DNA of 64,000 nucleotides from Nitrosopumilus sp. (lineage in GTDB: Archaea > Thermoproteota > Nitrososphaeria > Nitrososphaerales > Nitrosopumilaceae): contig OZ244650.1 of the NCBI GenBank assembly GCA_965218785.1, positions 1,088,001-1,152,000 on the forward strand, read 5' to 3'. The notes below the pieces were generated by a model. That model searched no databases. It was not told where the DNA came from and saw only the letters and a program-made list of their open reading frames with translations. Below are positions 1-8,349 of the stretch, in pieces. Within the stretch, counting starts at the first letter, position 1; each line of letters begins with the position of its first letter. Both the position numbers and the translations under genes were made by a program.

Positions 1-106
1 TGTTCCAGGATGCATCGATGTGGAGTCTGGAGATTACGTACTGACTGCCGAGTGCAGGCCGATATCAAAGTCCATATCATATGTAGTAGTAGAGGTCAGA
101 TCATAA
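1..106 (+). CDS. rps17: 30S ribosomal protein S17 (uS17), 3' end only
   Basis: Frame 2 reads [41 protein letters not shown] is the uS17 C-terminal motif, and its TAA overlaps the L14 ATG (TAATG). Confidence 0.9.
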   Translation, partial: VPGCIDVESGDYVLTAECRPISKSISYVVVEVRS

Positions 107-528
107 TGGCAAAACAGGCAGGAAAGGGAGTCGGGGAGTTCCGTCCATATGTAACCAAGGTGATTCCGGTGGGCGCACAGATTGTATGTGCCGATAACTC
201 CGGCGCCAAGATACTCGAGGTAATCAACGTTCCAAGACACAAAACCCGCGCATCAAGGCTGCCATCGGCATCAGTGGGGGACTTCTGCAACGTGGTGGTA
301 AAAAAGGGACCTGCAGAACTAAGAAAGCAGGTGCACGGCGCGGTTATAATCAGACAAAAGTATGCAGTTCGCAGGTTAAACGGTGTAAGGGTCTGCTTTG
401 AGGATAACGCGGCGGTTCTGATTACTCCAGAGGGGGAGACGCGCGGGACTGACATTAAAGGACCAGTTGCAGCAGAGGCTTCAGAGAAATGGCCAAGGGT
501 AGCCAACCTGGCATCGATGGTGGTATGA
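106..528 (+). CDS. rpl14: 50S ribosomal protein L14 (uL14)
   Basis: CADNSGAK and FEDNAAV...GTDIKGPVA motifs. The true start is the ATG at 106, not 10. Confidence 0.97.
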   Translation: MAKQAGKGVGEFRPYVTKVIPVGAQIVCADNSGAKILEVINVPRHKTRASRLPSASVGDFCNVVVKKGPAELRKQVHGAVIIRQKYAVRRLNGVRVCFEDNAAVLITPEGETRGTDIKGPVAAEASEKWPRVANLASMVV

Positions 529-532
529 AAAG

Positions 533-1120
533 ATGAAACCAAGCAAGATGCGCAACCGGATGATTCACGCTGCAACATACCAGGTAAAAAGCAAGCAGCT
601 GGGAAGCGCGTTATCAAAGGATTTACATAGAAAATACGGAAAGCGGAGTGTCAGGGTGGTGTCAGGGGACGGCATAACCATTCTCAGGGGCGAGTTCAAG
701 GGGGTTGATGGCAAGGTCTCAAAGGTATCCATACAAAAAAGCAGCGTGGCAATAGAGGGTGTAAAGAAGGAAAAGACAAAGGGGGACAAGTTTGATGTGT
801 ATATTCATACCTCAAACATACTAGTTACATCGCTGAACTCCGAGGACCGGTGGAGGATTCTAAAGCTGGAGGGCAGTGATCCAAAAAAACAGTCCAAAAA
901 ACCAAAGACCGCAGAGAAAAAGGCAGAAGAGACGCCTAAAGATGCAAAGGTAGAGGGAACACCAAAACAGGAGGCTCCAAAGCAGACGCCTAAAGAAACA
1001 AAGGTAGAGGGAACACCAAAGCAGGCACCAAAAGAAACAAAGACAGAAGAGGCTCCAAAGCAGGCTCCTAAAGAAACAAAAGAGGAGAAAAAAGCAGAAA
1101 AAAGAGAGGTTGAAGACTAG
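533..1120 (+). CDS. rpl24: 50S ribosomal protein L24 (uL24/eL26) with K/E/P-rich C-terminal extension
   Basis: LSKDLHRKYGKRS...RGEFKG...IHTSN, in the expected position after L14. Confidence 0.95.
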   Translation: MKPSKMRNRMIHAATYQVKSKQLGSALSKDLHRKYGKRSVRVVSGDGITILRGEFKGVDGKVSKVSIQKSSVAIEGVKKEKTKGDKFDVYIHTSNILVTSLNSEDRWRILKLEGSDPKKQSKKPKTAEKKAEETPKDAKVEGTPKQEAPKQTPKETKVEGTPKQAPKETKTEEAPKQAPKETKEEKKAEKREVED

Positions 1121-1836
1121 TGGTAAGCATATCTGGAAGTAAAAAACTAAAGCGGCAGATGGCCCCGCAGTTTTGGGGAATCAGCAGAAAGAACAAGAGG
1201 TTTGTAATTACAGTAAGACCTGGTCCGCACAAGAAAAACCACGCAATACCCACTGCGGTATTTCTAAGGGACATGCTCAAGATTGTCACAACCCTAAGAG
1301 AGGCAAAAACCTCGATATACTCTGGAAAGATAAAAATCGACGGCGTTGTACGAAAATCACTTCATCATGCAATCGGCCTGATGGATGTGGTAGAACTTGA
1401 AAACGTTTCAGAGATTTACCGCCTGGTTCCATCAGAGGACAAGCTGCTAAAACCAATCAAGATCAACGAATCAGAAAAGACAAAAAAACTCGTCAGGGTA
1501 ATCAGCAAGACTACAATCAGCAACGGAAAGATGCAGATTGGATTTCATGACGGACGCTCTACAATTTCAGATGTCAAGGTAAACGTCGGAGATACCTGTC
1601 TGATGCAGGTACCGGAACAAAAAATTATTGAAACACTAAAGCTAGAGGCAGGATGCCAGTGTCTGGTGACACGTGGCGTCAATGCAGGACAGACAGGCAA
1701 GGTAGAAAGTATCGAGGCTGGAACATTCATTCTTCCAAAAAGGGTGGTTCTGATACTAGGTGAGAAAAAGATCGAGATACCATCAGATATCATAATGCCA
1801 ATAGGAAAAAAGGAGCCTGTAATTCAATTAAAGTGA
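1120..1836 (+). CDS. rps4e: 30S ribosomal protein S4e
   Basis: LKRQMAPQFW...PGPH...IGLMDVV...HDGR, in operon position. Confidence 0.97.
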   Translation: MVSISGSKKLKRQMAPQFWGISRKNKRFVITVRPGPHKKNHAIPTAVFLRDMLKIVTTLREAKTSIYSGKIKIDGVVRKSLHHAIGLMDVVELENVSEIYRLVPSEDKLLKPIKINESEKTKKLVRVISKTTISNGKMQIGFHDGRSTISDVKVNVGDTCLMQVPEQKIIETLKLEAGCQCLVTRGVNAGQTGKVESIEAGTFILPKRVVLILGEKKIEIPSDIIMPIGKKEPVIQLK

Positions 1837-1840
1837 TAGC

Positions 1841-2362
1841 ATGTCCCAGACAACAGAATCTCCAATGAGGAAAATCATCCTAGAAAAAGTGGTCTTGAAC
1901 ATGGGTGTTGGCAAGTCCGGGGATGCAATAGATATTGCAAAAAAGGCGCTGGATCAAATCTCTGGAAGAAAATCATGTTCGCGTAATGCAAGGGAGACAC
2001 AAAGGGACTGGGGAATCAGAAAGGGCGAACCAATAGGCGTATCAGTAACAATCCGCGGCGAGGATGGCAAAGCGCTGCTAAAGCGGCTGCTTGAGGCAAA
2101 GGGGAACACAGTCAACGAAAAGTCATTTGATAATTTTGGAAACTATTCGTTTGGAATCAAGGAGCACATTGACATTCCGGATGTAAAATATGATCCACAC
2201 ATTGGAATTCTGGGACTGGGAGTTTCAGTCGCACTGGCCAGACCCGGATACGGCATCAGAAAAAGAAGCAAGCACAAGGCAAGCGTTGGCAAGTCGCACG
2301 TCATTAAAAACCAGGAAGCAAAGGATTATCTAGCAAAAGAATTCGGAGTGACTGTATCATAA
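1841..2362 (+). CDS. rpl5: 50S ribosomal protein L5 (uL5)
   Basis: KVVLNMGVG...WGIRKGEPIG...GNYSFGIKEHIDIP. Confidence 0.97.
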   Translation: MSQTTESPMRKIILEKVVLNMGVGKSGDAIDIAKKALDQISGRKSCSRNARETQRDWGIRKGEPIGVSVTIRGEDGKALLKRLLEAKGNTVNEKSFDNFGNYSFGIKEHIDIPDVKYDPHIGILGLGVSVALARPGYGIRKRSKHKASVGKSHVIKNQEAKDYLAKEFGVTVS

Positions 2363-2541
2363 TGGTAAAAGATAGATCATACGAATTTACTGGAAGAAAA
2401 AAGCACGACTTTGGCAGGGGTTCTAGATGGTGTAAAAGATGCGGGGATTACACGGCAGTAATACAGAAATACGATCTAATGATATGCAGAAGATGCTTCA
2501 GGGAAGTAGCCACGTCGCTGGGATTCAGGAAAAACAAGTGA
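2362..2541 (+). CDS. rps14: 30S ribosomal protein S14 (uS14, zinc-binding type), 59 aa
   Basis: Below the ORF-track cutoff, translated by hand: MVKDRSYEFTGRKKHDFGRGSRWCKRCGDYTAVIQKYDLMICRRCFREVATSLGFRKNK. TAATG overlap with L5. Confidence 0.95.
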   Translation: MVKDRSYEFTGRKKHDFGRGSRWCKRCGDYTAVIQKYDLMICRRCFREVATSLGFRKNK

Positions 2542-2545
2542 TATA

Positions 2546-2938
2546 ATGCCTGCAACTAACATCCTAGCAAACCTGTTTGTAACGCTATACAACAACGAGG
2601 CTAGAAGAAAAAACAAGTGTACGATACTGCCAACCTCAAAACTTGGGATCGAGGTGCTAAAGACGCTGCAAAAAGACGGGTACATCGGCGAGTTTGAGCA
2701 CATCGACGACAAGAGAGGCGGAAAGTTCAAGATAAACCTGCTGGCCAAGATAACAAAATGCGGGACCATATCCCCGAGATTCAAGGTAAAAAACGACGAG
2801 TTCAACAGCTGGGAGCAGCAGTATCTGCCCGCATACGACAGGGGGATGCTGCTAGTTACTACAAACCAGGGTGTGATGTCCCATCACGAGGCAGTAAAGA
2901 AGGGAATAGGAGGATTTTTGATAGGGTATGTTTACTGA
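2546..2938 (+). CDS. rps8: 30S ribosomal protein S8 (uS8)
   Basis: GYIGEFEHIDDKRGGK...CGTISPRF...TTNQGVMSH. Confidence 0.97.
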   Translation: MPATNILANLFVTLYNNEARRKNKCTILPTSKLGIEVLKTLQKDGYIGEFEHIDDKRGGKFKINLLAKITKCGTISPRFKVKNDEFNSWEQQYLPAYDRGMLLVTTNQGVMSHHEAVKKGIGGFLIGYVY

Positions 2939-3491
2939 TCAGATTGAAAAATTCCAGGAGGAGATAACTGTTCCAGAGGGAGTCAAGGTCACGCAAAAAA
3001 AACACATGTTAAAGTTCGAGGGACCGCTAGGCAAGACCTACAAAAGCTTTCGTGATATTCCGTTAAAGGTGGAGATAAAGGATGACAAGATACTGCTAAA
3101 GACAATGGGTTTTAGAAAAAGGGATTATTCCATACTGCACACTGCAAGATCAATCGTCAGGAACATCTGTGAGGGGCTGGTGGAGGGATATACCATAAAG
3201 ATGAAGGTCGTCTTTGCACACTTTCCAATTACAGTCAAGGTGGCAGGGAATATAATTCTCATTGAGAATTTTCAAGGTGAGCGCGCGCCAAGAAAGACGC
3301 ACGTTGTCGGCAATACAAAGGTGATTCCAAAGGGTGATGACGTGCTGCTTACAGGCCAGGTTTGGACGGACATTACACAGACTGCGGCAAACATTGAATT
3401 AAAAACCAAGGTAAAGGGAAAGGATCACAGGGTCTTCCTTGACGGCATCTACGTCTATGAAAAGAAAAAGGGCATAGAAAAACAGGCCTAG
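2928..3491 (+). CDS. rpl6: 50S ribosomal protein L6 (uL6)
   Basis: GPLG...AHFPITV...NFQGER...QTAANIE...DHRVFLDGIYV. Confidence 0.97.
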   Translation: MFTDQIEKFQEEITVPEGVKVTQKKHMLKFEGPLGKTYKSFRDIPLKVEIKDDKILLKTMGFRKRDYSILHTARSIVRNICEGLVEGYTIKMKVVFAHFPITVKVAGNIILIENFQGERAPRKTHVVGNTKVIPKGDDVLLTGQVWTDITQTAANIELKTKVKGKDHRVFLDGIYVYEKKKGIEKQA

Positions 3492-3497
3492 TATTAC

Positions 3498-3785
3498 ATG
3501 ACTCTTGATCCCGAGTTTGCAAGACAGACGACAGATTTGATCATAAAGACGCTGGAGTTATACCAGAAATCCGGGGCGTCCCCCAGGGTCGGCAAGATAT
3601 GGAGCTGCTCGAGTATCGGTGATTTTTTGTGCGGGTTTTTCGTAGGGGAGATGGTGGGATCGGCGTTGAGCGCGTTTCAGATTGTCCACAAGAGGGAGCC
3701 TACCTCAGAGGAGCATCTGGAGATTATCGAGTTGGTAGAGGAGCACTCAGCAGAGATCAAGGAATTTTTTTCAAGGTTCAATTAA
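3498..3785 (+). CDS. Conserved hypothetical protein
   Basis: Clean 95-aa ORF starting 6 bp after rpl6, with similar base composition. Confidence 0.8.
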   Translation: MTLDPEFARQTTDLIIKTLELYQKSGASPRVGKIWSCSSIGDFLCGFFVGEMVGSALSAFQIVHKREPTSEEHLEIIELVEEHSAEIKEFFSRFN

Positions 3786-3814
3786 CTGCCGAATTCGATC
3801 TTTTTGTTTAGTCG

Positions 3815-3827
3815 CAAGGATTAAATC
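3815..3827 (+). promoter_or_regulatory. Putative BRE/TATA box of tRNA-Asn
   Basis: AAGGATTAAAT about 25-30 bp upstream of the tRNA 5' end. Confidence 0.45.
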
Positions 3828-3851
3828 ACTTTTACCAACGTACAAAGTGTT

Positions 3852-3925
3852 GCCGCCCTAGCTCAGCGTGGTAGAGCATCCGACTGTTAATCGGACGGTC
3901 GTCAGTTCAAGTCTGATGGGCGGCG
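3852..3925 (+). tRNA. tRNA-Asn (GTT)
   Basis: Acceptor stem GCCGCCC/GGGCGGC, D-arm GCTC...GAGC, anticodon arm TCCGA-CTGTTAA-TCGGA, T-arm GTCAG-TTCAAGT-CTGAT. No encoded CCA. Confidence 0.97.
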
Positions 3926-4088
3926 CCTCCTTATATCACAGTTGATGCCCGGGTGATCCTGCCTGTTTTCACGATTTTTGCCTGTTTTGGCATAATGTCC
4001 AATCCTGTATCCTCCGAGAATTCCGCCGGATCTGCCTTTCTATGGATGCCTGTTAATACCGGATTCAGACGCCAACCTAAAACTTATA

Positions 4089-5396
4089 ATGTATTACTTT
4101 TCAAGTAAAAAGATGAATGGGTACAAATTCGCACCATTACTTGCAGTTCTTCTTCTTGTTCCTATAATGTCCGCATCAGCCGCATCGTATGATTCCCCCT
4201 TAAAACAGTCAGCAAGCATGTCAGCAGAGATGGTTCAGTGTAATTACGGACTAGAGTTGATCATAAAAAGCTCCAACGGATCTCCTGTATGTGTAAAGCC
4301 TGACACAAAAGCAGTGTTAATTGAACGTGGATGGGCCACAGCGGGACCAGAACGTGATATGATGATGATGGATGATAAAATGATGATGGATGATGATAAA
4401 ATGATGATGGATGATGATAAAATGATGATGGATGATGATAAAATGATGATGGATGATGATAAAATGATGATGGATGATGATAAAATGATGATGGATGATG
4501 ATAAAATGATGATGGATGATGAAATGATGATGAACGACAACGAAGGTGACAGCATGGACGCAGATACCAGCATGATAGACGACTTTGATACAGATGTTGA
4601 TCCCGGTGAAATAGACGATTCCCAAGACGGGGCAGCAATGAATGGTGAGTCCATGTCAACTTCTATGGGAAGTGGTGATACCGAAATGACAGCAGTAGAG
4701 TTTGCCCTGACAGAAGAAGAAATGACATGGCTTGATGAGAACCAGATAAGGGTGGTATATGATAAAACATGGGAGCCAATAGAGTACCAAAACGATGATG
4801 GTGAAATTGCAGGTCTTTCAGCTGCATACATTGCAAAGTTTACAGAACTTTTGGGATCATCAGAATTTGAAATTATTCACGTTGAGAACTGGACTGCAGT
4901 ACTGGCAGACATCCAAGATAATGAAGCAGATATCGTCATGATGGTTGCAAGTACCGCTGACCGTGAAGAATACATGAGTTTTACGACACCACATACGATA
5001 ATTCCAGTACACATGATTACTGCAACAGATAAGAAAATCAGTCCAGACGAACTTGTAGGACTTGAGGTAATCACAATCGAAGGTTATGCCACAGAGGCAT
5101 GGCTTGATGAGAACCACTCTAATGTCACATACAGATCAGTGCCCGATATTACCAAGGCAATTGACGAGATCGCATCCGGAGGCAACAAAGTGTTTATCGA
5201 AGCATTTCCAATTGCATCATATCACGCAGGAAAGGCAGGCACCACAGTATACAACGCAGGTGAACTAGGATACGAGTACGACCTCTCAGTAGGTTATAGC
5301 AATGAAACACCAATTATCGGCGCCATCCTAGAAAAGGCACTAGCATCAATTTCAGAGCAGCAAAAAGAAATGATGCTTTCAGAAATCCTCCAGTAA
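4089..5396 (+). CDS. Exported protein: signal peptide, small Cys module, Met/Asp repeat and family-3 (PBP2) solute-binding domain
   Basis: Hydrophobic signal (likely start 4113); SPLKQ...C...NGSPVCVKP...LIERGW; LTEEEMTWL...WEPIEY...TADREEYMSFT is typical of HisK-associated PBP2 domains. Confidence 0.8.
   Translation: MYYFSSKKMNGYKFAPLLAVLLLVPIMSASAASYDSPLKQSASMSAEMVQCNYGLELIIKSSNGSPVCVKPDTKAVLIERGWATAGPERDMMMMDDKMMMDDDKMMMDDDKMMMDDDKMMMDDDKMMMDDDKMMMDDDKMMMDDEMMMNDNEGDSMDADTSMIDDFDTDVDPGEIDDSQDGAAMNGESMSTSMGSGDTEMTAVEFALTEEEMTWLDENQIRVVYDKTWEPIEYQNDDGEIAGLSAAYIAKFTELLGSSEFEIIHVENWTAVLADIQDNEADIVMMVASTADREEYMSFTTPHTIIPVHMITATDKKISPDELVGLEVITIEGYATEAWLDENHSNVTYRSVPDITKAIDEIASGGNKVFIEAFPIASYHAGKAGTTVYNAGELGYEYDLSVGYSNETPIIGAILEKALASISEQQKEMMLSEILQ
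4359..4532 (+). repeat. Coding tandem repeat, 21-bp unit ATGATGATGGATGATGATAAA (MMMDDDK)
   Basis: Six perfect units at 4380-4505 plus degenerate flanking units. Confidence 0.95.
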
Positions 5397-5483
5397 TATA
5401 GCCACACCAATAGAATCAGCATCATATAGTTTACTATACAGTTTTACACACATGATTTGGCAGTTTAAAAGAGCAGACCAATA

Positions 5484-6317
5484 TTAGATGGTAAAGTCGC
5501 ACACACGTATCCATCCGCTTCTCTCAGTTGGAAAGACGGTATTTTTGGACGTCCTGCGTTTCTCCATCTCCATCATTCCGTAATGCCGAATCATCCTCCC
5601 GCCAAGATTCCCGACGTGTGATTCGATGCCGCCTGCATCATACCGCGCTATCCCGTCTAGCTCAGAGTCAGCTTCAATCAAGTCAAAGGGGTATTCTGCC
5701 ACAGATACGCGCTCATCCTGAATATCCTTGTTTGGAACCAGATATTCCAGGATTACCCGGTTTTGCTTGGATGTAGAACCAAACCCGTTGATTACCGACC
5801 AGAGGGTGTTCTCTGAAAGATAGTATGATATTCCCTCAAAGATGGCAAGTGACGGGGCATCAACGTCCCATCCATGCTTGACTAGAGCAGCCATCACGTC
5901 TGCTGATCCCGATATGTCCTGCTCGATGCACCTGATACGATCTCCCAGCAGCGAGTCGACAGACCCGATGATCCGGTTTTTCTCATCCATGTTTGCCACA
6001 TCCACCTCAAAGAACCGGCAGTCCCCAAAACGGGATGCCGCCTCCAGTGATAACGCGTCAAATCCGGCGCCAAACACTGCCACCTGTGTTATTCCGTCTC
6101 TGATGGCATCATCAGTCATTTCAAGGATGCAGGTCTTTCTGTTTTTAATTACATCCGGATAATGAGGCCAGAACCCCATGCATTTTGCATACATCTCCCG
6201 TCCGGATTCCAGATTCAGTGTATCAAGATATCTTTTTGCGGCTTTGCTGGTGTGCACTTTGTCTGTGGCCATCAGCAATACCAGGGCGGAGGTAGATGAG
6301 ATGTTTTGTATCCTCAA
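5484..6317 (-). CDS. Class I SAM-dependent methyltransferase (LCM/Ppm1-like)
   Basis: QVAVFGAGFDA, FFEVD and AIFEGISYYL motifs. Confidence 0.85.
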   Translation of the reverse strand: MRIQNISSTSALVLLMATDKVHTSKAAKRYLDTLNLESGREMYAKCMGFWPHYPDVIKNRKTCILEMTDDAIRDGITQVAVFGAGFDALSLEAASRFGDCRFFEVDVANMDEKNRIIGSVDSLLGDRIRCIEQDISGSADVMAALVKHGWDVDAPSLAIFEGISYYLSENTLWSVINGFGSTSKQNRVILEYLVPNKDIQDERVSVAEYPFDLIEADSELDGIARYDAGGIESHVGNLGGRMIRHYGMMEMEKRRTSKNTVFPTERSGWIRVCDFTI

Positions 6318-6628
6318 TGAAACGGCATTACATCCTTTACACTTAAACCTTGCAAGTGCAAATTTGTCCCGGATTTGATGCCAGCCATATCAAATACGAT
6401 ACGAATACTTGAGTTTCGGGGATTTGACGAGGAAGAAGAGATGTTTTTCCAGATATGTTCAAGAATTAAAATATGCATGATGAGACTGTTGATATCCCAA
6501 TCAAAAGTCGTTAATTTTAGCGCGTCACAAATGCAGATACTTTTCTTGCAGGTTTTACAGACGGACAAATCAACAGTAACTGCCAAACCACAGGTAAATA
6601 TTAAATAATAATCAAACCGTTTTTTAAT

Positions 6629-7108
6629 ATGAAGGCATTGGGAATAATCGCCATAATTTTAGTTTCCCTTGTCTTGTTAATAGCGGGAGGTTTTTTTTAT
6701 GTAGCGTATGAAGGATACAGTTATGCCTACTGGGGAGGATACCAGCAGTATGCCGAAGATTTTAAAAAGTTACCCGAGGTTCAACTGTTTTATGAGAAAC
6801 ATCCCACCGCAAAATCCAGGCTAAGTACGTCTGAAACCCTGTCTTATTTTGCCACCAACGACAAGTATTGTGGCAGCCCTCAAGGACTTCACGCTGGAAT
6901 GTCTAAAATCCGGCCTTGTTTTGGCACCAACGACGAAGATTGGGGCACATACATAGAATTTGAAATATTTCACGACCAACATGAAGTCAAAAGATTCAAT
7001 ATTCGTTGCGATCCCGTTTATAGAACTGGAACTGGTACTTACTTTATAACAGAAAATATCCTGGACTATTTACAAAACTACGACTGCCTTGAAGACAAGT
7101 ATCCGTAG
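6629..7108 (+). CDS. Membrane-anchored hypothetical protein
   Basis: N-terminal TM helix; LPEVQLFYEKHP segment; TATA-like element upstream. Confidence 0.75.
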   Translation: MKALGIIAIILVSLVLLIAGGFFYVAYEGYSYAYWGGYQQYAEDFKKLPEVQLFYEKHPTAKSRLSTSETLSYFATNDKYCGSPQGLHAGMSKIRPCFGTNDEDWGTYIEFEIFHDQHEVKRFNIRCDPVYRTGTGTYFITENILDYLQNYDCLEDKYP

Positions 7109-7451
7109 CGGAATTCTTCCTGACCATCTAAGGAAAAGGCACCAGTCCAGAAAAGTTGTAGTTCGGAGATAAATCGGCAACATGTTATATTGATTAGATA
7201 GATTTAGCCATACTCGAATCCTCTGAATCAACGGTATGGTTCAGGGGCTCATTGGTATGGTCCCCCACTAATATGACTATAGGTCTTTAATCAGATCCCA
7301 ACACAATCAAAGATTAATTTCCATCAAAAATGAATCTGATGGGTTTTCTGCAGGTCCGGCGTGTGTAGGAACCGGCAGTTTTTGAGTAATATCTGCCACA
7401 TCCTCCTTTCAGATAATCTTCATATATGATGAAGACGCTATACTGACAAGA

Positions 7452-8171
7452 ATGAACACCATGCAAAAAACAACAAAGACGGTATTGTTTGCATCTTTGA
7501 TGGCGTCTTTATTGTTTACATCTGCAGGAATACACGCCGCAACGGCTGATAATAACGACATAGAGTCTGATGAGCAGCTGTTAAAGAAAAAGATCGATGA
7601 GATTGTTGGTAAAATTACCTTATTACACATAGAAAATGACAAGCTTGAAAAGCTAAAGCACATTCCAAACATCAAAAAAATTATTGATTACAATGAAAAG
7701 ACAATAAACGAGCTGTTTGCACAGTTAGACATCATATCTCCGCCGATTCCAACAGTCGAAATACCAGAAGAAACCAAAACACAGATGAACTCTGCAATAG
7801 CCGCCCTAATTCAAAGCGGTTTGCCGGTGTATGCACTTGGAATTAATACTGAAACGGGAAATTTGGATATCAATGTGGAATCTCAAACCAACGTTGATGC
7901 GGATATCAGGGCAATTACAGGCAACCTGCCAATCAGTATAAAGTACGGTGTGAACACATTCGAGTTTCAGGGATCCGGTGGTGTGGCAGCACCAGATACG
8001 GCGACAAACTTTGAGAATCCCAACTGCAGGGATATCCACGTTTACGTAGAAAGCCCAAGCGGCAAGTTTGCCTGCATAAAAGAGAGCACGGCTGAAAAAT
8101 TTGGATGGCACATAATTGCAACTAGCAAGTTTACCACAGATGAGATGCCGTTGCATGACTCTGAACACTAA
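7452..8171 (+). CDS. Exported hypothetical protein with C-terminal Cys module
   Basis: Signal peptide KTTKTVLFASLMASLL; C-terminal CRDIHVYVESPSGKFACIKESTAEKFGW. Confidence 0.75.
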   Translation: MNTMQKTTKTVLFASLMASLLFTSAGIHAATADNNDIESDEQLLKKKIDEIVGKITLLHIENDKLEKLKHIPNIKKIIDYNEKTINELFAQLDIISPPIPTVEIPEETKTQMNSAIAALIQSGLPVYALGINTETGNLDINVESQTNVDADIRAITGNLPISIKYGVNTFEFQGSGGVAAPDTATNFENPNCRDIHVYVESPSGKFACIKESTAEKFGWHIIATSKFTTDEMPLHDSEH

Positions 8172-8349
8172 ACATGAAAACACGGCATAATACAAGCCAC
8201 CCAAATCCAGTATAAAGTAATGAACTTTATCTAGAAAAACACGGATTTTTTATAGTATACAATATTACGAAATCGTATATTCAAAGATAGGCACGATATG
8301 ACCATAAAGCAAGAAAAAGTCTTAAATTCTAGATTTAAGTTCTTTTAGT

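Noticed and set aside
10-105. N-terminal extension of L14 in the ORF track
   Set aside because: It overlaps the S17 3' end in another frame; the true start is 106.
3491-3785. Ribosomal operon stops after L6 (no L32e, L19e, L18, S5)
   Set aside because: As I recall, this split is normal in Nitrosopumilus-like genomes.
3852-3925. tRNA-Asn as the att site of one integrated element
   Set aside because: I saw no integrase and no duplicated tRNA 3' end in the window, and core-like genes are interspersed. It looks like a mosaic hotspot; a boundary beyond the window cannot be excluded.
4244-4831. His-rich and Ser/Ile-rich antisense ORFs
   Set aside because: Shadows of the ATG/GAT repeat on the opposite strand.
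6829-6934. Two imperfect 34-bp direct repeats 72 bp apart (CRISPR-like spacing)
   Set aside because: Only two copies with several mismatches, in frame within a CDS; best explained as an old intragenic duplication.
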